From an uncultured Gemmatimonadaceae bacterium (GTDB lineage: Bacteria > Gemmatimonadota > Gemmatimonadetes > Gemmatimonadales > Gemmatimonadaceae): 64,000 bases of DNA. The stretch is from assembly GCA_963822945.1 (NCBI GenBank), contig CAWGJO010000004.1:96001-160000 (forward strand), written 5' to 3'. The position numbers and the translations under genes are program-made. The notes under the pieces were generated by a model. It was not told where the DNA came from. It ran no database searches and was given only the letters and a program-made list of their open reading frames with translations. Of this stretch, positions 33,318 to 42,091 are shown piece by piece (position 1 is the stretch's first letter; every line of letters begins with the position of its first letter).

Positions 33318-33857
33318 ATGAAGACACCCCGTGTTTTGATCGCGGCCTTCGCTGCCGCGCTCACCCTCGTCAGCGTCAGCTGTAACGATTCAACCCCGGT
33401 TGCACCCGTCGCGCCCGTATCAGCGACGCCGCAACCTCAAGCCTCCCTCATCGGGACGCTCCTGGCGCCCACCGGGCTCCTCGCCTGCACGCCGCAACCG
33501 TACGACTCGGTCACCAAGGTCATCGGACCCGAGGGCGGCTCCCTCAAGGTTGGGGCGAACTGGTTCTACGTGCCGCCGAGGGCGCTCGACCGGGATGTGG
33601 CAATCACGGCCGTGGCGCCGCGTGGCGACGTCAACCTCGTCCAGTTCCAGCCCCAGGGCCTGAAATTCTCCCGGCCGGCCGTGCTCACGATGAGCTACGC
33701 CAACTGCGGACTGCTCGGCCGCCTGCTGCCCCGCCACATCGCGTACACGAACGATGCGCTGCAGATCCTGGAGTTGCTCCCGGCGCTGGACAATTTCTTC
33801 CGGCATACGGCGACGGCGCGGATCGGGCATTTCTCGGGCTACGCGATCGCATACTGA
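33318..33857 (+). CDS. Secreted ZU5-like domain lipoprotein ending in HFSGYAIAY
   Basis: Lipobox VSVSC; IGPEGGSL...VPPRAL...ITA...FQPQGLKFSRPAVLTMSY...HFS, the pattern of ZU5 domains. Confidence 0.75.
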   Translation: MKTPRVLIAAFAAALTLVSVSCNDSTPVAPVAPVSATPQPQASLIGTLLAPTGLLACTPQPYDSVTKVIGPEGGSLKVGANWFYVPPRALDRDVAITAVAPRGDVNLVQFQPQGLKFSRPAVLTMSYANCGLLGRLLPRHIAYTNDALQILELLPALDNFFRHTATARIGHFSGYAIAY

Positions 33858-33878
33858 CCGCTGAACGAGACTGCTACC

Positions 33879-35519
33879 GTGTCACACCTTCACACCGGGG
33901 ATCTCCAAGATTCTCCGGAGACTCCGGATGCGGCGAAATGGCTGACCGCCGCGCGCCAGCACGAGCGCGACGGCGCCATTGCTCTCGCCATTACGACCTA
34001 CGAGCGGATCGCTTCGGCGCACGACGGGACGGTGGACTATCGGACCCATTGCGAAGCCTTCCGGCGGCTCGCGGTCCATCGGTCGCGGCGGGGTGAGGGC
34101 GCGGTGGCGCGGGACCTCTGCCGCCGGAGCCACGACTTGGCGCGCCACTCGGGTGACGCCCTTCTCGCCGCCGAGGCGCTGAATACCATGGGCGGCATAC
34201 ACATCGCCACCGGATCGCTCGAGGAGGCGCGCCAAGCGTTCCTTGAAGCGTTGCGTTTGGGCGGCCCGGTGCGCCCGCTTCGCGCCCGGATCGAGCAGAA
34301 CCTCGGGATTCTCGCCAACATTCAGGGCGCCATCGACGAGGCACTGGCGTGGTACGGTCGCTCGCTCGAAGAGTACCGCGCGGCCGGGGACGAGAATGGC
34401 TGTGCCATCGCCTTCAACAATCTCGGGATGGCGAGCGCCGACCGCGGTCTGTTCGAGGAAGCCGATCGCTACTTTCACGAAAGTCGGCTGCTGGCCGAGC
34501 GGACCCGCGATCTGCACCTCCTGGGCCTTGCCCATGCGAATCATGCCGAGGTGCACGCATTCCGCCAGCGCTACGACGCCGCATTGCGGAGCGCGGACGA
34601 AGCCCTGCGGGTCTTCGAGCAGATCGGCGCCCGCGCCCCGAAGTCCGAGGCATACCGGGTGATCGGCATGGTCTACCGCGATACCGGCCGCCCGGTGCTC
34701 GCCGAGTCGCGCCTGCGTTCGGCCATCGAGACCGCGGTGGCCACCGGTTCCGTGCTCGCCGAGGCCGAGGCGTCGCGCGAACTCGCCACGCTTTACCAGA
34801 CCCTGGGGCGGAATCAGGAGGCACTCTCGCGCCTGAACGCGGCCCACCGGTTGTTCCACCGGCTCGATGCCCGGGTCGATCTGGTCAACGTGAACGGCAA
34901 GGTACAGGCCCTGCAGGCGACGTATCTCGCGGTGGTGCGCGACTGGGGCCAGTCCATCGAGTCCAGCGACAGTTACACCTTCGGCCATTGCGAGCGGGTG
35001 GCCGAGAACGCGGCGGCCGTGGCCGTGGCGCTCGGCCTGGACGACGCCGAGGTGCTCACGATCCGATTGGGCGCGTACCTCCACGACGTCGGCAAGGTGC
35101 GCGTGCCCCACGAAGTGCTCAACAAGCCCGGGCGGCTGACGGACGCCGAGATGGAGATCATCCGCATGCATCCGGTGTGGGGCGTTGAACTTCTCGCCGA
35201 GGTCGAATTCCCGTGGGCCATCAAGCCGATCATCCGCTCACACCACGAGAAGTACGACGGCACCGGCTATCCCGATCGGTTGTTGGGCGACGAGATCCCG
35301 CTGGCGGCGCAGATCGTGGGCGTGGCCGACGTCTTCGACGCCCTCACGACCACCCGCTCGTATCGCGGGGCACTCGCCCCCGACGTGGCGCTGGGCGAGA
35401 TCGAGCGGTGCCGGCACTGGTGGTCCCCCCGCGTCTACGCGGCAGCCATGTCGGCACTGCGCGCCCGCGCATCCGCCGCCGGGCCTGCGGCGGAGCGCAC
35501 CCGGCCACACGCCGCTTGA
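33879..35519 (+). CDS. TPR-repeat HD-GYP domain protein (putative c-di-GMP phosphodiesterase)
   Basis: About 7-8 TPR-like repeats (ALNTMGGIH, IEQNLGIL, AFNNLGMA); TFGHCERVA, LHDVGK, HHEKYDGTGYP, ADVFDALTTTRSYR. Confidence 0.9.
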   Translation: MSHLHTGDLQDSPETPDAAKWLTAARQHERDGAIALAITTYERIASAHDGTVDYRTHCEAFRRLAVHRSRRGEGAVARDLCRRSHDLARHSGDALLAAEALNTMGGIHIATGSLEEARQAFLEALRLGGPVRPLRARIEQNLGILANIQGAIDEALAWYGRSLEEYRAAGDENGCAIAFNNLGMASADRGLFEEADRYFHESRLLAERTRDLHLLGLAHANHAEVHAFRQRYDAALRSADEALRVFEQIGARAPKSEAYRVIGMVYRDTGRPVLAESRLRSAIETAVATGSVLAEAEASRELATLYQTLGRNQEALSRLNAAHRLFHRLDARVDLVNVNGKVQALQATYLAVVRDWGQSIESSDSYTFGHCERVAENAAAVAVALGLDDAEVLTIRLGAYLHDVGKVRVPHEVLNKPGRLTDAEMEIIRMHPVWGVELLAEVEFPWAIKPIIRSHHEKYDGTGYPDRLLGDEIPLAAQIVGVADVFDALTTTRSYRGALAPDVALGEIERCRHWWSPRVYAAAMSALRARASAAGPAAERTRPHAA

Positions 35520-35528
35520 GCAGCAGGG

Positions 35529-36260
35529 TCAGACCAGCCGGCGTCGCTCCTGCTGCCCGTCGTACGCCGGCTTGGGCGCCCACAGCCGCCGCAGATGGCC
35601 GGTGGCCGCTTCCAGCGCCTCGCGATTCTCGAGGATGATCGCGCCTTTCGGGGTCGAGATGATGCCGTGCGACGAGAAGTCGCTGAGCACGCGGGACACC
35701 GTCTCGCGGCTCGACCCCACCATCTGCGCCATCACCTGATGGGTGGGCGGTTTGGGGATGCGCCGCCCGTCGTGGGGCGCGGCCAACTGGAGCAGCAGGT
35801 GCGACACGCGGCCCGGGACGTCCAGCAGGATCAGGCCGCCGATCTTGTGATCCGCTTCCTTGAGGCGGCGGCTGAGTGAGCGGAGCAGGCCGATGGCCAC
35901 GCCCGGCATCTCCATGACCTGCCGGTACAGGTCGTCGCGGCGAAGCAGGAGGAGCTGCGATTCCTCGGTCGCGATCACCGTCGACGTTCCCGGATCGTCG
36001 TCGAACAGCGCCATCTCGCCGAAGAACTCCCCCGCGCCCAGCATCGACAGGATGACCTCGCGCCCGTCCTCGGCGATCAACATCGACTTCACCTTCCCCG
36101 CGATGATGATGTAAAGGGTGTCGCCGGGCGAGGTCCCGGAAACGATCACACTGTTCTTGGAATAATCGCGCATGTGCGCGAGCTGTCCGATCTTGTCCAA
36201 CTCCGACTCGCGGAGCTGGGCGAACAGGGAGATTCCCCGAAGGAGTGTCGTGGCCGTCAT
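35529..36260 (-). CDS. Crp/Fnr family transcriptional regulator
   Basis: cNMP-binding domain (GKVK, DGREVILSMLGAGEFFGEMAL) and HTH THQVMAQMVGSSRETVSR. Confidence 0.93.
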   Translation of the reverse strand: MTATTLLRGISLFAQLRESELDKIGQLAHMRDYSKNSVIVSGTSPGDTLYIIIAGKVKSMLIAEDGREVILSMLGAGEFFGEMALFDDDPGTSTVIATEESQLLLLRRDDLYRQVMEMPGVAIGLLRSLSRRLKEADHKIGGLILLDVPGRVSHLLLQLAAPHDGRRIPKPPTHQVMAQMVGSSRETVSRVLSDFSSHGIISTPKGAIILENREALEAATGHLRRLWAPKPAYDGQQERRRLV

Positions 36261-36455
36261 CGAGAGGGCGCCGAGGTGTGGGAGCCAGGAGCAGGAACGC
36301 GCGAACGCGTGGGTGGATGCGCCAACGATGGGTGTGATCGGCACGATCCGCAAGGCGTGTGGGCCAACCACTGACCCGGCAGCGGGGCCCGCGCCGCCCA
36401 GGCGCGCCGGTTACATTCTGGAGACGATGTTCCACGCTTTCCCGCTCACCCCGCC

Positions 36456-37018
36456 TTGATCACCGGCCACCTGGGCCTCGCCCTCGGCGCGCGGGCCATT
36501 GACCCCGAGGCGCCTCTCAGCTGGCTCATCGTCGCCGCGATGGCGCCCGACATCGCCGACTTCGGCCTGGCCGCGGTGGGCGTCTGCAATCCCGACGGCG
36601 GATACACGCATTCGCTGGCCGCCGTCGCCGCCACGGCGCTCGCGTTGGGAGCTGTGGCGTTCTGGCGTTCGGGACGCCGGCGTACGGCGCTCGTCATCGG
36701 CGCCCTCGTGGTCTCTCACCTGCTGGCGGACTACCTGACCGGCACCAAAGCGCTGTGGGTGGGCGGACCGGTGTTCGGACTCAACCTGTATCGGTGGCCG
36801 GTGGTGGATCTGGTACTCGAGGCGACGGTCTTGTCGGCCGGCTGGTGGGCGGGGCGCCGCTGGGGGCAACTCCCCGGTGGGCCGGGTCGCGCCTCGTGCT
36901 GGCCACCCTGTTGTCGTTCCAATTCGTGATCGACGCCGCGTCGAGGCCGAACGAGTCGGACAAGGCCAACGTGTGCGCCAAGGCGGACGTCATCAAGCAC
37001 CTCGACCACCTGTTCTGA
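36456..37018 (+). CDS. Membrane metal-dependent hydrolase (YdjM-like); frameshift at about 36875
   Basis: GH...APD...THSL...SHLLAD motifs and TM helices; TTG start. Confidence 0.7.
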
Positions 37019-37106
37019 CCCGAGGCGCCCCCGGCCCGCGATGACAGCCGGCGTTCCGCGGAGTAAGATGGGGGAGCCCGAGCCCAATCCGGAGTCCATT
37101 TTCCAC

Positions 37107-38789
37107 ATGCGTCGCTCTCTCCTCGTTCTCGTCCTTGCCCTCGCGCCGCTGGGCACCAGCGGAGCGCAACGGTCCGCACCGGTGTTCACGCACGCCGACA
37201 CGCTGCGGGGAACCAACGGTCCTGCCCGCGCCTGGTGGGACGCCACGTTCTACGATCTGCACGTGCGCGTGCAGCCCGCCGACAGCAGCATCAGCGGGTA
37301 CAACGCGATCACCTACCGGGTGCTCCAACCCGCGCGCGAGATGCAGATCGATCTGCAGCAGCCGATGGTCGCCGACAGCTTCGTGCAGGACGGCCGGCGT
37401 CTGGACGCGCGCCGCGACGGCAACGCCTTCTTCGTCGCGCTCGTCGCACCGCAGCAGGCGGGAGAGCACCGGACGGTGACGGTGTACTACCACGGCAAGC
37501 CGCGCGCGGCCCGGCGCCCCCCCTGGGACGGCGGGTACATCTGGCAGCACGACAGCCTGGGACACGAGTGGGTGGCCACCGCCAACGAGGGGCTGGGCGC
37601 GAGCGTCTGGTGGCCCCTCAAGGATATCCTGTCGGACGAGCCGGACAGCCAGCGCATCGCCATCACCGTGCCCGACCCGATGATCGACGTTTCCAACGGC
37701 CGCCTCCGCTCGGTGACGCCCAACGCCGACGGGACGACGACGTACGAGTGGTTCGTCACCGAGCCGATCAACAACTACGACGTCGAGGTGAACGCCGGCG
37801 ACTACACGCACTTCAGCACCATCTACCACGGGGAGGACGGCACGCTCACCATGGACTTCTGGCCGCTGGAATACCACCTGGATGCTGCCAGGCGGCAGTG
37901 GGCGCAGGCGACGTCCATGATGAAGTGCTTCGAACACTGGTTCGGGCCCTATCCCTGGTACGCCGACGGATACAAGCTCATCGAGGCGCCGCACCTGGGG
38001 ATGGAGCATCAGAGCGGAGTGGCGTACGGCAACCACTTCGAGAACGGCTATCTGGGACGCGACCTCTCGCACACGGGGCTCGGCCTCGCCTGGGACTTCA
38101 TCATCGTGCATGAGAGCGCGCACGAGTGGTGGGGAAACAGCGTCAGCGGCAAGGACCACGCCGACATGTGGATCCACGAGAGCTTCGCCAACTATGCCGA
38201 GAGTCTCTACGAGGAGTGCCAACAGGGGAAGGAGGCCGGTGAACGGTACGTGATCGGCACACGCGCCAACATCCAGAACGACCGGCCGATCATCCCGGCC
38301 TACGGCGTCAACGCCGAGGGATCGGGAGACATGTACTACAAGGGCGGGAACATGTTGAACACGATCCGGCAGATCGTGAACGACGACGCCAAGTGGCGCG
38401 GCATTCTGCGGGGACTCCAGCAGACCTTCCGCCATCAGACCGTGAGCACGTCCCAGGTGGAGCAATACATGAGCGCGCAGGCAGGCGTAGACCTGAGCAA
38501 AGTGTTTCAGGAATACCTGACGACGACCATGATCCCCCAACTCGAGTATCGGTTCGACGGGCGTACGTTGTCCTACCGCTGGGCGCATGTGGTGCCCGGC
38601 TTCGACATGCCGGTCAAGGTGACCCTGGCCCCCGATCGCTACTCGTTCATTCATCCCACCGAGCAGTGGCAGGCGACGGCGACGTCGCTGCCGGCCCCCG
38701 CTGATTTCAAGGTGGACGAGAACTTCTACGTCACGACCCGCGACGTCGGCACCGGCGCCAAGGGCGCGTCACCCGGAGAGAAGCCATGA
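37107..38789 (+). CDS. M1-family aminopeptidase, secreted
   Basis: Signal peptide, GMEHQ, HESAHEWWGN-x-WIHESFA, YYKG. Confidence 0.93.
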   Translation: MRRSLLVLVLALAPLGTSGAQRSAPVFTHADTLRGTNGPARAWWDATFYDLHVRVQPADSSISGYNAITYRVLQPAREMQIDLQQPMVADSFVQDGRRLDARRDGNAFFVALVAPQQAGEHRTVTVYYHGKPRAARRPPWDGGYIWQHDSLGHEWVATANEGLGASVWWPLKDILSDEPDSQRIAITVPDPMIDVSNGRLRSVTPNADGTTTYEWFVTEPINNYDVEVNAGDYTHFSTIYHGEDGTLTMDFWPLEYHLDAARRQWAQATSMMKCFEHWFGPYPWYADGYKLIEAPHLGMEHQSGVAYGNHFENGYLGRDLSHTGLGLAWDFIIVHESAHEWWGNSVSGKDHADMWIHESFANYAESLYEECQQGKEAGERYVIGTRANIQNDRPIIPAYGVNAEGSGDMYYKGGNMLNTIRQIVNDDAKWRGILRGLQQTFRHQTVSTSQVEQYMSAQAGVDLSKVFQEYLTTTMIPQLEYRFDGRTLSYRWAHVVPGFDMPVKVTLAPDRYSFIHPTEQWQATATSLPAPADFKVDENFYVTTRDVGTGAKGASPGEKP

Positions 38790-40882
38790 TAGGGAAACCC
38801 CTGGGATCCATCGCCGCGGCCGCGGCGCTCGTCGCCGTCATCGCTGCGTGCAGCAAGGGCGCGGAGTCGACTGGCCAGCAGACGCCGCCGCAGGCGGCGG
38901 TGGCCGACACCGGTCCCGTGTTCGACGTCGCGCTGCTGGATACGACGGTGTCGGCATGCACGGATCTCAACGCGTTCGTCAACGACAAGTGGATCAAGGC
39001 CAATCCGATTCCACCGGACAAGACCGCCTGGAATACCTTCGCCGCGCTCTCACAGAAGAGCCTCGACGAGCAACACCAGATCGTCGAGCAGGCCGACCAG
39101 CAGGCCGCGAACGCCAAGGCCGGTTCGATCGAGCAGAAGATCGGGTGGCTGTACCATTCGGGCATGGACACGGCGGCCATCGCGCGCGCCGGATACCAGC
39201 CGATCAAGCCGGAGCTCGACGCCATCGACGCCCTGAAGGCGCCCAAGGACGTGGTCGCCTGGCTCGACGGCGCCTTCGCCTCCGGCAACGGGCAGCTGTT
39301 CCGCTTCGGCTCCCGCGTCGACTACCACAACGCGAAGATGCAGATCGGCTCCGCATCGCAGGGCGGCCTCGGCCTGCCGACGCCGGACTACTATACGAAG
39401 GCGGAGTACAAGGATCTCCGCGACGCCTACGTGAAGCACATCGCCAAGCTGTTCGAACTCACCGGGGTGCCCGCCGCCGAGGCGAGCCAACGGGCCGACG
39501 CGGCGATGGCGATCGAGACGAGCCTCGCCAAGCACTCGCTGTCTCGCGTGGCGCTCCGCAATCCGAAGAACCAGTACCACTTCGTGACCATCGCCCAGGC
39601 CAACGCCGTGACCCCGCACTTCGACTGGGGCACGTTCTTCAAGGTGCAGGGCGTGGCGCCGGGCAAGGGCTTCTCGCTTTCCCAGCCGACCTTCTTCGCC
39701 GGCATGGACAGCCTGCTCGCCCACGCGCCGATCGAAGCCTGGAGGGCCTATCTGGCGTTCCACACGATCGACGCCGCCGCGCCGTACCTCTCGCCCCCGT
39801 TCGAGGCCGAGGACTTCGCGTTCAAGGGCACGACGCTGCAGGGGCAGCCGCAGCAGTCCCCGCGGTGGGAACGCGTGCTGGGCAGCGTGAACCGGTCCAT
39901 GGGGCAGGCCCTGGGGCAGCTCTACGTGGCCAAGTATTTCCCGCCCGAAGCCAAGCAGCGCGCCGAGGAGCTGGTGAAGAACGTGCGCGACGCCCTCAAG
40001 GCGCGCATCCAGAATCTGAGCTGGATGAGCGAGACGACCAAGAAGCAGGCGCTCGACAAGTGGCAGAAGTTCCTGCCCAAGATCGGCTACCCCGACCATT
40101 GGCGCGATTGGAGCGGCCTCACCATCAGCCCCGATCACTACTACGCCAACGTCCAGGCGGCCGCGAAGTTCAACTACGAGTACGATATCAACAAGATCGG
40201 CCAGCCCACCGACCGCTACGAGTGGGGGATGACGCCGCAGACGGTGAACGCGTACTACAGCCCGTCGCAGAACACGATCAACTTCCCGGCCGCCATCCTG
40301 CAGCCGCCCTTCTTCTACGCCAAGGGCGATGACGCCATCAACTACGGCGCCATCGGTGCGGTGATCGGCCACGAGTCGAGCCATGGCTTCGACGACCAGG
40401 GCAGCCAGTTCGACGGTGACGGCAACAACTCCAACTGGTGGACGAAGGCCGACCGGGAACGGTTCGACGCGCGCACGGCAAAGCTCGTCAAACAGTACGA
40501 CGGGTATGCGCCGTTGGCCGACCAACCCGACAAGCACGTGAACGGGCAGCTCACGCTGGGCGAGAACATCGCCGACCTCGGCGGGCTGAACGTGGCCTAC
40601 GACGCGCTCCAGACCGCCCTCAAGAACAATCCCAAGGAAGCCGCCGAGAAGATCGACGGCTATACCCAGGACCAGCGCTTCTTCATGAGCTGGGCGCGCG
40701 TGTGGCGCGGTTCGATGCGCGAGAAGGCGCAGCTCGTGAGTCTCAACACGAATCCCCATTCGCCGGGCAAATTCCGCGCCGACGGCCCCCCGTCGGACAT
40801 GCCGGAATTCGCGAAGGCGTTCTCCTGCAAGGACGGCGACCCGATGGTGCGTTCGGGCACGGCCCGCGTGGCCATCTGGTAG
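38786..40882 (+). CDS. M13-family (neprilysin/PepO) metallopeptidase lipoprotein
   Basis: Lipobox IAAC, VNAYY, FPAAILQPPF, HESSHGFD, GENIAD. Confidence 0.95.
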   Translation: MIGKPLGSIAAAAALVAVIAACSKGAESTGQQTPPQAAVADTGPVFDVALLDTTVSACTDLNAFVNDKWIKANPIPPDKTAWNTFAALSQKSLDEQHQIVEQADQQAANAKAGSIEQKIGWLYHSGMDTAAIARAGYQPIKPELDAIDALKAPKDVVAWLDGAFASGNGQLFRFGSRVDYHNAKMQIGSASQGGLGLPTPDYYTKAEYKDLRDAYVKHIAKLFELTGVPAAEASQRADAAMAIETSLAKHSLSRVALRNPKNQYHFVTIAQANAVTPHFDWGTFFKVQGVAPGKGFSLSQPTFFAGMDSLLAHAPIEAWRAYLAFHTIDAAAPYLSPPFEAEDFAFKGTTLQGQPQQSPRWERVLGSVNRSMGQALGQLYVAKYFPPEAKQRAEELVKNVRDALKARIQNLSWMSETTKKQALDKWQKFLPKIGYPDHWRDWSGLTISPDHYYANVQAAAKFNYEYDINKIGQPTDRYEWGMTPQTVNAYYSPSQNTINFPAAILQPPFFYAKGDDAINYGAIGAVIGHESSHGFDDQGSQFDGDGNNSNWWTKADRERFDARTAKLVKQYDGYAPLADQPDKHVNGQLTLGENIADLGGLNVAYDALQTALKNNPKEAAEKIDGYTQDQRFFMSWARVWRGSMREKAQLVSLNTNPHSPGKFRADGPPSDMPEFAKAFSCKDGDPMVRSGTARVAIW

Positions 40883-40904
40883 CCGCAGCCATGGGCCGCT
40901 CACG

Positions 40905-42020
40905 ATGACGACACGACGCGAGTTTCTCACCCGCGCCACGGTCGCGGGCGGCGCGCTGCTGGGTGGGCTGGTTCCGGGAGTGGGGCGCCTTGGCGCCCTG
41001 CTCGCGGAGCCGGCGCCCGGTGGGGCCATGGACATTCTCATCCTCGGTGGCACCGGCTTCATCGGTCCGCATCTGGTTCGGCGGGCCGTGGCACGGGGCC
41101 ACCGCGTGACCATCTTCACCCGCGGCAAGCACCACGCCGACCTGCCGGACTCGGTGATCCGATTGATCGGCGACCGCAACGGCAAACTGCAGGCCCTCGA
41201 GGGCAAGCGCTGGGATGCCGTGATCGACGACTCGGCCACCAACCCCGATTGGGTGCGCCAGTCCACGCAGCTCCTGCGCGATGCCGCCGGCAGCTACCTC
41301 TTCACGTCGTCCACCGGCGTGCATTATCCGTATCGCACGCGCGGACTCGACGAGTCCGATCCACCGCTGTACGAGGCCGCGGATCCCAAGGACGGATCGG
41401 CGGCGTTCGGCGTGGCGAAGGCGCGCTGCGAGCGCGTGCTCGACGCCGCGTTCGGCGATCGCGCCATCGTCGTGCGGCCCACGTACATCGTGGGCCCGGG
41501 CGATACCACCGACCGTTTTCCCTATTGGCCGCAGCGGCTGGCGCGGGGCGGGGAGGTGCTGGCGCCGGGCAGGGACGACGACCCCGTGCAGTTCATCGAC
41601 GTGCGCGATCTGGCGGCGTTCATGATTCACCTGGTCGAGTCGGGCCGGCGTGGCACCTACGATGCCGCCGGTCCGGCCACGCCGATGACGGCGCCCGCAT
41701 TCTATCGCCTGGCCGTCCAGGCGCTGCACGCAACCGTCACGCTGGTCCGCGTGGACGACTACGCCTTCCTCAAGGAGCACGGCATCGTCGAGGCCATTCC
41801 CTGGGCGTATCTGGCCGGGAACGACTACGGCATGATGTCGATTCGCAACGACCACGCGGTGGCTGCGGGGCTCGCCTTCCGCCCGGTGGGCGAGACGGTG
41901 CGCGATACGCTGGCCTGGTGGCGGACGCTCCCCGCGGCCCGCCGCGACCACCCGAAGTTCTCCATCACGGCGGCGCAGGAAGCAGCCGCACTCGAGGCCT
42001 GGCATGCCCGGGCCGGCTAG
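40905..42020 (+). CDS. NAD-dependent epimerase/dehydratase-like SDR with Tat signal
   Basis: TRREFL twin-arginine motif; ILGGTGFIG, FTSS, RPTYIVGPGD, QFIDVRDLA. Confidence 0.88.
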   Translation: MTTRREFLTRATVAGGALLGGLVPGVGRLGALLAEPAPGGAMDILILGGTGFIGPHLVRRAVARGHRVTIFTRGKHHADLPDSVIRLIGDRNGKLQALEGKRWDAVIDDSATNPDWVRQSTQLLRDAAGSYLFTSSTGVHYPYRTRGLDESDPPLYEAADPKDGSAAFGVAKARCERVLDAAFGDRAIVVRPTYIVGPGDTTDRFPYWPQRLARGGEVLAPGRDDDPVQFIDVRDLAAFMIHLVESGRRGTYDAAGPATPMTAPAFYRLAVQALHATVTLVRVDDYAFLKEHGIVEAIPWAYLAGNDYGMMSIRNDHAVAAGLAFRPVGETVRDTLAWWRTLPAARRDHPKFSITAAQEAAALEAWHARAG

Positions 42021-42091
42021 ATGACCCCTCCGGTTGGGCGGAGTGCCGCCCGGCCAAACCCACGTTCCCGCCGTCCCCGGAGCGAATTCGA

